Below, piece by piece: positions 1 through 12,296 of a stretch of DNA of 55,079 bases (positions within the stretch are counted from its first letter, which is position 1; each line of letters starts with the position of its first letter). The DNA is from Prorocentrum cordatum (Eukaryota). The notes under the pieces are model-generated. The model was not told where the DNA came from. It ran no database searches and saw only the letters and a list, made by a program, of their open reading frames with translations. The position numbers and the translations under genes were made by a program. The DNA lies in assembly GCA_963575745.1 (NCBI GenBank), contig CAUYUJ010000186.1, positions 62,001 to 117,079 of the forward strand, given 5' to 3'.

Positions 1-620
1 TGACCTCAAGGCGGCCCAAGAAGCCATCAAAACCGCCCAAGAGAGCTCCACAAGGATCCTCCAAAAGGCCAGAAAAAAGAAAACATCACCGATTGCCTAA
101 ACAGTTGTTGAACGATTCTCGCTGCGAACATCCGTCCGCTCAAGACGGCCCTAGAAGCCTCCAACGTTGCCCCAAAACGGCCCAAAAGACCCCCGAAATT
201 ACCCAATAGGCTTCCAACGCGGCATCCAGACGGTGCAAGAGGGGCCTCTGATGGCCCAGGACCGCACCAAAAAGAGCCCCAAGCTAGCCCACGATGGCCT
301 TCCGAGGAATCCAAGACGGCCCAGGAACGCCACCAATACCACCAAGATGGCCCAAGACAGCCCAAGAGGGCTCCAACATGACCCTCAGGAGTACCCGAAA
401 AGACAAACATCGACAATTTCCTTAAATTATTGATAGTTTTTCGCTTAGGGCTTCCGTCAGCTCAAGACGACCCAAGAAGCCTCCAATATTACCCCAAGAC
501 AGCCCAGGAGAGCCCCAAATTGCCCAGAAGGCCTCCAAGAGTGCCTCGAGACGGCGCAAAAGGAGCCCTGGACGGTCCAAGACGGCCTCAAGAGAGCCCC
601 AGGCTGTCCCAAGAAAGCCT
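1..620. repeat. Degenerate (CCCCAAGA/CCAAGA)-rich tandem repeat
   Basis: Recurrent ccaaga/cccaagag units. The same family recurs at 9385-9915. The ORFs here are low-complexity. Confidence 0.8.
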
Positions 621-624
621 CAGG

Positions 625-860
625 CCTCCTCCTCTTCCTCCTCCTCCTCCTCGTCCTCCTCCTCCTCCTCCTCCTCCTCCTCCTCCTCCTCCTCCTCCTC
701 CTCCTCTTACCCCCCCCCGTGCTCCCCCGCCTCCTGCTTTCCTCTGCCTCCTTCTCCTCCTTTTGCTTCTCCTCCACTTTCTTCTCCCCCCTCCTCCTCC
801 CTCATCCACCTCCTCCACCCTTCCTCCACCTTCAACTGATCCTCCTCCCCCTGCCCCCCC
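625..860. repeat. (CCT)n microsatellite
   Basis: Direct reading. Confidence 0.95.
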
Positions 861-1254
861 TTCGTTTTCATCTTCGTCGTTCTCAAGGTCAGCGGCACCG
901 GCCGTAAGGCCTTCGCAATGGTGGTTGGTTATGCAACAAAAAGAAACATGCAGTGGTCCCAGAGGCTCTGAAACAGTGCTTCGCTGTGTCAGCCCCCGAA
1001 GTTCCAAAACAGTGGTTTAAATTTTCAGAACTGTAGGGCGGCATGCCGACCAAAGGGTTGCATATGGATCATGCGCGGCCACCCCGCGATCACTGTCCAT
1101 TGTCCATTGGTGTGTGACAAAAACCGCGGAGGTGCTGGCACGTTGCCTACTGTGTGCAGGCCCACCAGACGCCATGATGGCCTCCCCGCCGCGATGGTGC
1201 ATTGGCTTTCGACTTGGATGGCGGGGGCTGGCATTTTTCCCGATGCGTCCTGTC

Positions 1255-1437
1255 ACGTGCGCGGGCGCACCTGGCACACTCTGCGCGTGCCCCGGACGTG
1301 GCGCACCTGGCGCGGCTGGACCATGCGGCACACATGGCGGACGTGGAGCACGTGGCGCATCTGGCGTGCGAAGCGTGCCTGGCACGCTTGGGCCCCGCAG
1401 GTGCCTGGCGCACCTGGAGCGCCTGGCACGCGTGGCG
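1255..1437. repeat. Degenerate gtggcgcacctggcac minisatellite, the insertion site of copia-1
   Basis: Repeated gcgcacctgg units. The unit resumes (tggcgcacct) at 9149, right of the element. Confidence 0.7.
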
Positions 1438-1690
1438 AGTTTGAAAGGGGTTGGGAGGCCCAACCAGCAGCTTCGCCTTAGGCGAAACCCAGCTCCCGCT
1501 CTGTTGTGCCGTAGTAGCGATAGTCCCAGTAGTAGGGGGCGAGCCATCGCAAGCAGTTTTGGTATCGATGGCACATGGTACACCTCGCGCTGAGGTGTAG
1601 TCAGATCTGGGCGGCCGGCCGCTTTGAGCCAAGCAGCCGCGGATGCACGCTCGTTCCCACTCACGTGCAACGCCCAGCTCACTTTAGAGT
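1438..1690 (-). repeat. 3' LTR of copia-1 (253 bp)
   Basis: Aligns with 8921-9148 except for substitutions and a 25-bp indel containing the palindrome TTCGCCT-T-AGGCGAA. Confidence 0.9.
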
Positions 1691-1847
1691 CGGGGGGGAG
1701 GGAGACGAGGCGTGAATCCGCCGCCTCTATATAGCAGGAACAGCAACGACTATTTACAAAAAGGGCAGCAAAAGGGCGGGGCCGTAAGCAAGGTGGGCCC
1801 GCACGCAAGTTGCCTTGCCTGCCCTATACTGTGCACACGAATGCTCC

Positions 1848-3676
1848 TCAGGCGGCTGCAGAACGAGATGGCTGGCCAGCCCGATAGGGAGTATGACGCT
1901 TTAAGTCATGTTTGAAGGATTGTGTACCTCCCATGACCTGTAGGAGCATTTCTCTGTCGATGTTCCCCTTGGTGTGACCGTCCGCAATCATATCGCGGGT
2001 GTCGCGCCACTGAATACTGTGCACGATTCCTCGATCCATCATCTGTCGTGTCCAGCTGATGTGTCCAAAAGGTACACTCCGTCGGCTTCTTCAAGTCCTT
2101 GCTTGACGAAGGCTTAAAAACATACTCAGCATCTATGGTCAAAATGACCTTGATGCTCAGGCCACCCAACTCAAGTATGTTCCTCAACTGAGTGGGAGTT
2201 AGCGGCCCTGCGTGGAGCTCGTGCAGAGTCACGATCGTGGGGTAACAGTCCTCCGAGTTGTGGGCAGCTGCTAGCGTCCCTGCCGAGTAGCTCGAGCGGA
2301 CCTGCAAGCGGTGAGACTTGCAGTGCGCATCGATCAAGTGAACGACGGGCTTACCAGATGGCGTGCTTCCACGCCGTGCACGTTTGCCCCGCGAATACCA
2401 TGGCCTCTGATCTGGCTTCGTCATCGGCGTCTCCACTCAGGCGTCGGTAACCTGAGTCGCTGCGCAGGTCAACCTCGCCCGTAGGGGTCATCGCCTGGTA
2501 GGCGATCTTCTTAGGGCAGGCCTGCAGTTTCCTGGTCATCGCGTTCAGTCGTCGCACTCGTATATTGGTCGGTTCTTGGACGCGCTATGGAAAAACATAC
2601 ACCATCAACCACACCTGGGTGATTACTGCATGTGCCAGTGCGCCTCTAAGGCTGACGGACATGTCTGCAACCATCTTGGATGCCCGAGCGTCAGCGTCGG
2701 CGCCGGCAAGTTCTGGATGTTGTATAGGACGGAGCTGCTGGATGGATTCGTCTTGGTCCAAAGTAACACTGCCGTCCTCATCCTTGGTATATATCACAAC
2801 ACAATTGGCGCATGTGTGCTTGATGAGTTTACATTTACCAAAAGTGTCTTCCACGCACTTGACATGCTTGTCAATGGTGTCCTCAGTGCCGGCCATGTTG
2901 ATATCATCAACATATTTGGCCGTAAGCAGGTTGCTGCTCGCATCGAACTCCTCGTCGTTGGACGTGAGTCTGGGACCAAAACCTCTTGGGGCCCTTCTGA
3001 GCTTTAGTGAAAACGCTCGGGGTGCGTCTTTGGCGCCAGTGCCTGGCATAAGGCACTGCAAGCAGTGCTTCGACTCGTCGTAGTGTTCGAATCCTGGGAG
3101 AGTTCGAAGCGCCGCGGCCGATCCAGGCGGCAAAGTAAAACACACCACGCGTTTCTTTCCCACCAATTGCTTCAGCAAGCGCCTGGTAGGCCAACCCTTT
3201 CAGGAAGGCCATGTTGATGTCGAGGGATGCAATGATCCATTGCTTCTTGCACGCTGCCGTGCTCGCGAGTAGTCTCTGGCTTGGCCGCCGCGCTGTTCCC
3301 GAAGAGGTTTCCACGTCGAAGGCGTCGAGGTCCATGAAGCCGCGAAGCACCAAGCGTAAACTGGTGGCACGCTCCATCTCGCTCTCCTCGTTTTCACAAA
3401 CTTCCATCTGTACGCGTACCTCGAAGTCGTGGTGTTTGACGCTTTAGATCTGTCTTGCATTTCAAAGCACCTCTTGTCGAACCATGTCTTGAGTTCAGTG
3501 TATAGGGCTTTCGGTACTTTCTCGGGATTCGCCTGGATGTCAGCCTTCGCGAGGAGGTCGTCTCCCTTGACGACCGCAGCTCGCTTTGCAGCGGCGGCGA
3601 CGCATGCTCGCATGGTGGTCACGCGGTCGGCATCTAATATCCAGTGCTTTTGTTCGGACAGGGCTACCTGTGACAT
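1848..3676 (-). pseudogene. Copia-1 reverse transcriptase and RNase H (frameshifted)
   Basis: RLVLRGFMD, SLDINMAFLKG, GAKDAPRAF, AKYVDDI, SDSGY, TIDAE and MIADGHTKG, spread over several frames. Confidence 0.9.
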
Positions 3677-4599
3677 TTCTGCCGCGAAGCAAAATTCTAC
3701 ATATGGTCCATTTTCGTCTGAGTCCAGTCCGTAACTGCAATCTTCGACCGCGGGGTGCAGCGGGACATGATATGTCTACTTGATGTCGGAGTCGCGCGGA
3801 TCTCCCCACTTAGGCAGGTGCCTACGCTGTTCTTCAGCTGCAGTGATCAGCGCACTATTGTCTGTAATCGTGTGTGGGGGTACTGCGAAAAGATCCTCTA
3901 ATGGAGTTGCCTCTAGTAGTTCCCTTTCATTTTGTAATTCTGTATACCGCACTTCCATAACGTGTGCCTCGACGTCAGCCTCCGATTCTTCATGAATCGC
4001 GGGAAGCCGTCCATCCTCCTGTGGCGGTTCGGCTCCTGAGGCTTCTCTTGCAGTTCCATCCGGTGTCGGTGCATCCGCCAATTCCTCAAACGTTTTCACA
4101 TCCTGGTCAAAGCCCGCTGGAGGTTTGGACTTCAGGCACTGGATGATTCTAGAATATGCGGATCCAAATATATCATGAATGTTAAGAGCGGTGCCTTCTG
4201 CTTCATAATAGTGAATTCCTGGATTCACATCGCTGTCATAGTGCGCAACTGTCAGAGTCAGCAACCCGAGGTAGCGGATGGATACCCCTGGATAACCTGA
4301 CCGAAACTACGCTCTCAATGCGGAAGAAGTTTCTGATGAGGTATTGTAAAGCCAGATGTACCTTAGGAGATAGTCGGCTTGCACTTGTCATCTGAAGCAC
4401 ACCCTTCTTGGTCGGGACATAACCAAATGTCATAGCAGGTCGCCCCGCAGGTAAACGGGCTACGAACGTCAACACTGTCCGTAATGCAGTGCTGTCGGAG
4501 CCAATTTCTCTGGCTATCAGAGCTTCAAGGTAGAGTGAATGTCGTGCGCCGCCGCATTGTACCTGAACGTCGCGGTTTCCCACTCGAATGATGACTTGA

Positions 4600-6150
4600 C
4601 CCCTCTCGGGATCGTTTCTTACGACTGGGAATGGGCCATTCCAGCCTCCCCTGTCGTCCTTCGTGGCTGTGGGGCGATGGTAATCAACTAAATCTCCTTC
4701 ATCGTAGTAATGCTGACCAGTGACAGTGTGACAGTTGTCTTAGTGCGTAATGCACGATTGGTCTTGGCTACTGCAGTGGCCTGTGCGATAGCTTCAATGC
4801 ATATTTTGCGTATCATCTGTTCACGAGAATGATCAGACGTTTCCGTCGGCTGTTCGTGATCCAGGACAGGCAAATCAGCGGGCATTGCCGGTTGCCGTCC
4901 AAACAGGGCGTTGCATGGAGACACCTCATTATAGAAAGTGAACGCGTTGGCGGCAAACAAAGCCTCATGCAGTAGTCGCGTGAACACAAGAGGTATGTCT
5001 AACCTGTTGAGTTCAACTTCCATGACATGAAGTAGATGGCGCAATCTGCCACTTCTGGCTTCGATCGTTGTAGCGCGTTGTCCACGCGCACGCATCCTTA
5101 GTTCAGTGCCCTTTGCTTTAAGGACTGCTTTCGCAGTGTCGTTGTTGAGGGCACCCTCTCCATCGGAGTAGAGTACCTTTGCAAGTCCAAACTGCATCCA
5201 GCACTGATGGTATGCATCCAGGATGCTGGTAATCGGCTTGTCTGGCATCTTCATTCCAGTACCATATTGAATGCAGCGGTCGATGATATGAAGTATGTTA
5301 TGTTCTTGTTGGTGTAACATACGGTCACATTCAACTTCTTCGTTGAACTTGCCAGGCAATGCAGTAGATGACATAACCGTATGCCCAAGCTTGTCCCAAG
5401 CCCTGCGCTCCCGACATGTGTCGCAGACACCTTTGATCAGGTTGAGTCTGACGTTGTCCAGACCTATCTTGGTTAATATAAGTCTCGCATTGGGCTCTTT
5501 CGCAAGGAACCAACGCGACTGTAACTTCCGCAGCTCGCGTGATACCACGCTTGGGTCATGGCTTCGTAAGTCTTGTAGACTGATTTGCGCGCCGAGCCTT
5601 GACCAGTCTGGAAGTCGTGGTCGTGCAGCAGGGTTACCCGCTGGTGGCGGTGGAGGTGGATATCCTCCTTGTTGTCGGCCACGTCTGGCTCTGACTTGTG
5701 GCAGTCGGATGTGGCCATCCGAACTCCCAGCTCCGCTCGAGGCAGGTTGCCCTGCAGCAGGTTTAGCAGCATGTCTGCCTACTGTAATGTCGTGGCTGCT
5801 GGCGCCCGCCGTGGGTCCGGCTCTAGAGCCGGGTCTTGGTGCTCGTAGCCGCACAAGAGGTGGTGCGGCTTGCGCCTCGGGTGGTGGTGCTGCTGGTTCG
5901 GCGGGGGCCGGCGGTGCCTGTCCGTGACTGTCAGGCAGCATCCAAGGTTTGGCAAACTTGCATTTGCCAGGTGTCCGTGCATGTCCAAGTTTGTTCTGGC
6001 CGTAGTTCTTCTTGCAGCTCGGACACTCCCAATGGTAGTCTTCCTGATCGCACCACCTACAATGCGTGGGATTCCTGACGTGCGAGGGCGAGCGCATGTT
6101 CACATTATCCGCGCACGCAGGACATCCTAAGCCTCCCGGAGGCGGTCTCG
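4600..6150 (-). pseudogene. Copia-1 integrase preceded by two CxxC-H-C Zn-binding repeats
   Basis: GCPAC..H..C and WECPSC..H..C, a degenerate HHCC (CDTC), and the rve-like core FNEEVECD / HIIDRC / YSDGE / IEAR. Confidence 0.85.
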
Positions 6151-6279
6151 TGATCGAACCGTCGGGTTGCCGAGGGATACTTGGATCGTCCAAATCATAT
6201 CCCCTCACGTCGGTGACTAGCACGGGGTGACCATGGAAGGGATCGCGGTTTAACTGGAGAAGATCTTGTGCGATCTGAA

Positions 6280-6900
6280 CTGCGTCGACAAAAGGAGACT
6301 GCATCTTTGGAGTATAATGTGCAGCCATGGACAGTTCCCTGATACGGACCGACGCATGTTCATGATGACCAACACATCGTCTTCGTTCAAAAGGTGTAGT
6401 AGAAAGCGGTGGTTGGCCATGATCTCGGTCGGTTTTTGTATCAATACCCCATGGGAATCGCGTAAGCCGGTAGTGCATTGATCAATGTTCGCCTTGCAAG
6501 TGCCCTTGCATTTGGCCAATGTAGTCCATGGTGGTCTCTCATCCACCCAAGTACCCGCTGGTTGTTCTCGAAAATAGAACCGTCGAATATGGTTATGACA
6601 TATAGCAACCTTACCACAGAACTTGATACGTGGAAGATCTTCTTTGTGGTGTTCATGCCAAGTATCAGAATTGTCTTGGGGGTCGATATATGAAGGTAGC
6701 CCAGTCGTTCTGCAGTTGGGTTGTAGCATGACAACATTAACGAAGCACACGTCTAGGTAGTGCATCACTGCATCCTGCACATCCTTGTTTCCAGGGTCAA
6801 CGTGGGAGCCTTTGTCTAAGTTTCCCCCAGAGGATAAGCCTCGGCTGAATGCTAGCTGCGATGTACCTCCACTTCCTCCACGCAGTTCCAACATGTCAAC
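6280..6900 (-). pseudogene. C5-cytosine DNA methyltransferase-like domain of copia-1
   Basis: Motif I-like DMLELRGGSGG, motif IV-like LQPNC, motif VI-like FREQP, then DQCxxGL, KPTEIMAN and (after a frameshift) CVGHHEH..AAHY. Collinear with the copia-2 domain. Confidence 0.75.
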
Positions 6901-8909
6901 CTTGCTGTGTCGTCCATAGCTAGCGTTGGAATTACGGAGCATACATCTGCGTAGGATTCAGCGGGTAGCCCCGCAATTCATCATCACTTCCCGTGTCGGA
7001 GTCAAGGGGAACGTCGGTGTAGTGCGCGCTACGTCCGAGACCTTTAAGGTCATCCCCGCAGGCGTCGTTGCCTTCTTCGACTATCTCGGGTATCTCGCGT
7101 GGCTTGATGCCCGCTTCTTTGTCGGCTTTCTGTTAGTCTTTTCTTTGATCCGGGCATCGGGAGGTAGCGCTGTCCGCGGCTCAATATCAGGTGAACTTGG
7201 CGTCGGACATTCGGGAATGGAGCGGGGCGCGCGGCCGCGCTCAATCTAAGGGGGAGGGGGGCGATCGTCATCGACGAACGCAACTCGCCTTGGGCGTGGA
7301 CGTGGGTCCTCCTGTCCGATGAGAGCCGGTTCTGGCGGTCCCCAGTAAAGCCGAATACGAATGTTTGTTGCGCCATTCGTTAACGGCGCATTGTGATGGT
7401 ACCCGGCAGGCTGGCCCTGGATCTCGATGTCTTGTATAGTCAGATTGTCGCCCAGGTTCATCGTTGCCCGTCTTGCGGCATGGTCCCATTCAGGGCCATT
7501 CTTCGGAGACTGATCGTAAGTTCGAGCTCCTTTTATCCATTCGTGTGTGAATGCTAAGGTGTGCAGCACTCGCGTGTTTTCTCTTTGTTTAGTGTAAGTC
7601 CATTTGATCGATCAATCTCGCGGTCATGATAGCCAATGTTTTGTTGCGCCATTCTGCCTTCTGAGCGTCTTGGCCATGCCAGTCCAATTCATGCTCAGCA
7701 AGTTGGGCAGGTTTCCCTGCAGTTTGACACGTACATCTCCACAAATTGGTTGGGATGCGCGTGTAGGGTAGTTGTCACTTGCAGATGTGATCCGCAAGGC
7801 AACTTGCTTCCACGGTCGTATTTCAAACCGAAATGGCAGCATCGCATGCGCATGACCTGCAAGTCGAGATCTTCAATGGCATCTCGCATGGGGCCCTGTT
7901 TCCAGAAACAACATGGCGGCCCCACAAGTACAATAGACATACGTAGCGCCCGAGCCTTTGTCATTAAATTTTGGATGCGTTGATAATGTGGCCCTGCCCG
8001 CTTTTCAGGCAACCTAACGTACCAGTCAGCGGGCGTTGCCACCCACGAAAATTTACAGTTCCCCGAGAGTAGAGCACCCAAATACTGCGTGCCAGTAGAG
8101 GTCATAACCTCTGTATGCGCAATGCGGTCACACATGTAACCGAGAGCTCGAAGTTCAGCGCAAGCTGGCCGTATGTCCTCAATGACAAGTGCACGAGAAT
8201 GATAATGATGCGATGAACGTTCATTGGCTGCAGCGGCCACACATCCCGGTCCACTGCTGCCCGTGGCAGCCGCGCACACGGGCTTGCCACTGTCCCTGAC
8301 GCGCACAGCCGGCGCCTGAGAAAATAATGCAGGTTTCCCGGCGCTAGATGACAGAACCTGCGTGTTCGGCCTGTCGGAGCAAGCGCGGGTGGCCGTGGCA
8401 CGCGCCTGCCCCCGTCGCTCATTTTCAAGCGGTGGGGGTGTCCAAACGCCCGTGCCATGCTGTGCTGCAGAGCCGCTGCTCGAAGTATAAATATCAAACT
8501 CCCGATGACGACCCATGCGAGCTCAAAAATCAAAATACCAATCCAATGGCCTCGCAGGTCGTGGTCGGATGTAGTCGGCTGGGTTTGCGATATGTGGTCG
8601 TAAGCCTGCGTGGTGGTGGAGGCGGCGCAATGTCGCATCGCATGTGTCCATGGATTATGTATTCGAAGAAGCTTCTACTTGGAGTAGGTGGGTGGACTTC
8701 AGGAGTGTAGTCGAGCAGGGATGTAGGGCGCAAGTAAGAGGCCTCCGCGCATGCAGAGGCGTCACTGCAAGTATCATCGCTATGCTGCGTCGGTTTATAC
8801 ATTCCTCCGCGTAAACCCACTGCACCCTGATGTTCCACCACGTCAGTAGTCCACCAGATAGTGCCGTGGATGGTGAGGAGTAGAATTAGGGCTGACCACC
8901 ATTGGCCAG

Positions 8910-8920
8910 CTCCGCTACCA
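8910..8920 (-). promoter_or_regulatory. Primer-binding site, initiator tRNA-Met type
   Basis: TGGTAGCGGAG immediately 3' of the 5' LTR, complementary to a CTCCGCT-A-CCA tRNA end (A1:U72 initiator type). Confidence 0.8.
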
Positions 8921-9148
8921 AGTTTGGAAAAGGTTGGGAAGCCCAACCAGCAGCCGCTTTGTTGTACCGTAAGAACGGTAGTCCCAGTAGTAGGGGGCGA
9001 GCCATCTCAAGCAGTTTTGGTATCGATGGCAAATGGTACACCTCGCGTTGAGGTGTAGTCAGATCTGGGCGGCCGGCCGCTTTGAGCCAAGCAACCGCGG
9101 ATGCACGCTCGTTCCCACTCACATGCAACGCCCAGCTCACTTTGGAGT
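8921..9148 (-). repeat. 5' LTR of copia-1 (228 bp)
   Basis: Direct repeat of 1438-1690, bounded by the PBS and the TSD. Confidence 0.9.
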
Positions 9149-9384
9149 TGGCGCACCTCGCCCCACCGCGCACATGGGGTCTGTACTCGTTTCCAGTAGC
9201 TGCCCGTCCATAGACGACCGCTGAACATGCTGAGGCCCAGGTGCTCCTTATGTGCTGGGAGACCAGCTGGGAGTGAGCGAGACAACTTGCCAGCGGGGAT
9301 GTTGTTTAGAGTCTTGACCCTTCCCCTTACCCCCTCCCCCTGGACCTGGACGGGGAGGGACACTAATGCACTGAGGCCCCTCCT

Positions 9385-9915
9385 TCGATCAATCTCCTCC
9401 AAGATGTCCCCAAGATGGCCCCAGAAAATCCCAAGGGTGCCCCAAGATGGCCCCAAGCGGTGGGCCCAAGAGACCCCCAAGATGCCCCCGAGGGGCTCCC
9501 AAGAGACCCCCAAGACGCGCAAAGACGCACCAAGTGAGGCCCCCCAAGACGCACCCAGTCGCCGACATCACTGATGTGACCAAGGGTTTGGCCACATTTT
9601 GGTCTCTGGAGGGAGGCCTGATGTACTACGGCCCCTCCTTTGATCGATCTCCTCCAAGATGGCCCCAAGATGGCAAGATGGGGTGCCCCAAGACTGCCCC
9701 GAGAGGTGCCCAGGTGGGCCCAAGAGGCCGCCAAAAGAGGCACCCAAGATGCCCCCAAGAAGCTCCCCAGAGGCCCCAAGAGGCTCCCCAGATGCACCCA
9801 AGACGCCCCAAGATGCCCCGCAGGTCTGCCAAGAGACGCCCCAAACACCCTTAAAGGACCCCAAGAAGCTCTGGAAAGAAATCCGAAGAGACTCCCGGAG
9901 GCATCCAAGAGGCTT
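9385..9915. repeat. Degenerate (CCCCAAGA)-rich tandem repeat
   Basis: Same family as 1-620; followed by (CCT)n at 9935-10035. Confidence 0.8.
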
Positions 9916-10349
9916 CTGGCCTTTCTGCTCGCCCTTCTCCTCCTCCTTCTCCTCCTCCTCCTTCTCCTCCTGCTCCTCCGCCTCTTCCTCATCCGCGTTC
10001 CCTCCTCCTCCTCCTGCTCCTCCGATTCCTCCTCCATGCTCCCAGTCTTCGGGTATGACGACGAGTCGTATTTAGTCCTGTATTCCACTGCATGCTCCTC
10101 CACATCCCTGATCAAAACAATTCGTCTGGGCATCGTTTCTGGACGGGCTGGTGGGGTTCCGCGAAGCGGCTAGAATCTTTAGGCAATAATCGCATTTTGA
10201 AGCGGCCCGCCCTCGAGCCGTGAAGCTCTCGCATCTTCTCAGCTTAATAATCATGCATGATGAGGAAGTCTCATGCAAAACGCCTGGCCCGCCCTAGCGA
10301 CACGCATCGGGGTGCGTCAGGAGGAGATTTTTAAAGGAAAAGGAATCGA

Positions 10350-10466
10350 GAGGAGGGAGGAGGGGGAGGAGGAGGAGGAGGAGGAGGAGGAGGAGGAGGA
10401 GGAGGAGGAGGAGGAGGAGGAGGAGGAGGAGGAGGAGGAGCGGGAGGGGGGGGAGGGGGAGGAGGG
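10350..10466. repeat. (GGA)n microsatellite
   Basis: Direct reading. Confidence 0.95.
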
Positions 10467-11103
10467 TATAGGGGGAAGAACCTCTCTACAGGCCCCCGGG
10501 GGCAGGCACAAACCCCGTCGCCCGAGGCTGCAGGGACCCGGGCCGCCGCGGCGACCCCTCAGCTGGTGGGCGCCGCGGCCGCAGCTGCGCGGCTGCGCGC
10601 GGCCGCCTCGGGCCCGCGGGCCGCTCCTCCTTCAGACGCAGCCAGGACGAGGGCAACATCGGGCGAGGAGAACTGTCACCGCGCCGTGGGGCCGCAGTGG
10701 ATCCTGGCCGGCTGGCCGCTTCGAGGCCGAGGGACTGCCGTGCACTCTGGGAGGCGCCGCCCACCTCTGGGCCCCTCTGCGAGGCGGGAAAATTCGCCGC
10801 GCCGTTTGTCTTCAACGAGCTCAAGCGAACGACGCCGAACGCCACGGCAAACCCACGGCAATCCCTGCGTCCCGCGCCCAAGCAGACGAGGACGGCACCG
10901 CGGCAACCCCACGGCGAACTCTGCGCCCGAGGCGGCGTTTGTCCTGGTGGCCGAGACGCCCCCCTCAAGTCGCGAGGCCGCGCGTTGGAACAAACGGCGC
11001 GGCCACAAATCGAGAATCTCTGCGATCCAGCGGCCCTGGAAAATATCTCGGGCGCCGCGGCCTTCTCGGAGCGTTCCGGAACGCTCCGAGAACTGAGAAC
11101 GCC

Positions 11104-11181
11104 CTGGGACGGCGTTATCCTCGCCCTGGCCCCGTCCGACTCCTGCAGGCGCAGCAGCCGCTGCCCGGCGTGCGGGTTGGC
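11104..11181 (-). CDS. Putative exon E of the ART-fold host gene (ANPHAGQRLLRLQESDG...); 3' end uncertain
   Basis: Acceptor tgAG|GCC at 11182/11181, phase 0 with exon D. The frame stays open to the stop at 10486, but further splicing is possible. Confidence 0.5.
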
Positions 11182-11499
11182 CTCAGCGTCAGCCGGCCAC
11201 GCGCCGAGAGGGGGGCACCGAAGGACGTCGACGAGGGAGGCACCGTGCGCGCGGCCGCGCCTCGTGGGCTGATAATCGCTGGCCTCCGACGACAGGGATC
11301 GGGGACCGAGGACCGAGGACCGAGCACCTTCGGCCACGCGGAGAGGGGGGTAGGGGGGGAGGGGGAAGGGTTGTTAGAGGCACCCCTGCTTCTTAGAAGG
11401 CGCGGGCCTTGTTTGTAGATGCCGTGCCTTCCCCCCTCCACCTATCCCCTTCTGCACGCGGCCAAACCAAACATCACCGATAATCATCCGACACCATCA

Positions 11500-11620
11500 C
11501 CGACCGGCCGCCGCCATCGTCACCATCATCTCAAGCATCATCACCATCAGCATCGCCATCATCATCACCACCATCATAATCGGCATCATCAGCATCATCA
11601 GCATCATCATGACTACATAG

Positions 11621-11692
<72 letters not shown>

Positions 11693-11744
11693 CATCCTTA
11701 TCATCCTTATCATCCTTATCATCCTTATCATCCTTATCATCCTT

Positions 11745-11784
<40 letters not shown>

Positions 11785-11827
11785 CCATCACCATCACCAT
11801 CACCATCACCATCACCATCACCATCAC

Positions 11828-11870
<43 letters not shown>

Positions 11871-12146
11871 GCTATCATCAGCACCACCATCAACATCGTC
11901 ATCGTCATCGCCATCGTCGTCATCATCAGCAGCATCATCATCGCCGTCATCACAAACACGTCTCCATCATCACCATCGCCATCACCACTTCTATCACCAT
12001 GACCACCACCGCTGCCATCGCCATCAGTGCCACCAGCGTCACCATCATCACCATCCTCACCACCAGCAACACCATCACCATCACCATCACCATCACCATC
12101 ACCATCATCACCATCACCATCATCACCACCACCTGAATCATCATCA
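11500..12146. repeat. (CAT)n/(CAC)n compound microsatellite (intronic)
   Basis: Direct reading. Confidence 0.95.
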
Positions 12147-12166
12147 TGCCAGGCGCGCGGGTTGGC

Positions 12167-12296
12167 CTCCAGGAGGGGGTCCCACTCCACCGCCACGGCG
12201 TCCCCGCCGCGCATCTCCGCCGACGTGCGGCCGCAGACCCAGAGGGCCGCGATCTTCACCGCCGCCGACGGGTGTACCCACTGATCGGTCTGCACC
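12167..12296 (-). CDS. Exon D of the ART-fold host gene (VQTDQWVHPSAAVKIAALWV...EWDPLLE)
   Basis: Acceptor cccctcAG|G, donor GAG|GC. 130 nt = 1 nt + 43 codons, matching the phase-2 end of exon C. Confidence 0.8.

Larger units (their letters stand above)
1438..9148 (-). mobile_element. Ty1/copia LTR retrotransposon (copia-1), decayed, with a C5-DNA-methyltransferase-like domain upstream of integrase
   Basis: Direct repeats 1438-1690 and 8921-9148; TSD TGGCG at 1433-1437 and 9149-9153; PBS TGGTAGCGGAG next to the 5' LTR. Order is integrase (VECD, LYSDGE, TIEAR), RT (SLDINMAFLKG, YVDD), RNase H (SDSG, ADGHTKG). Many frameshifts. Confidence 0.93.

Noticed and set aside
430..1020. Poly-Pro/Glu/Arg/His/Ser ORFs here and at 10273, 11419, 19548, 31278, 33247, 45408, 47121 and 51844
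   Set aside because: They are translations of trinucleotide microsatellites, open in several frames.
1623..1632. TTGGCTCAAA in both copia-1 LTRs as a spliced-leader relic
   Set aside because: Only about 9 nt match, without the CCATTT part or the correct AAG end.
10697..11272. Plus-strand 191-aa ORF as a gene
   Set aside because: No recognisable motif, and it overlaps the minus-strand exon E region.
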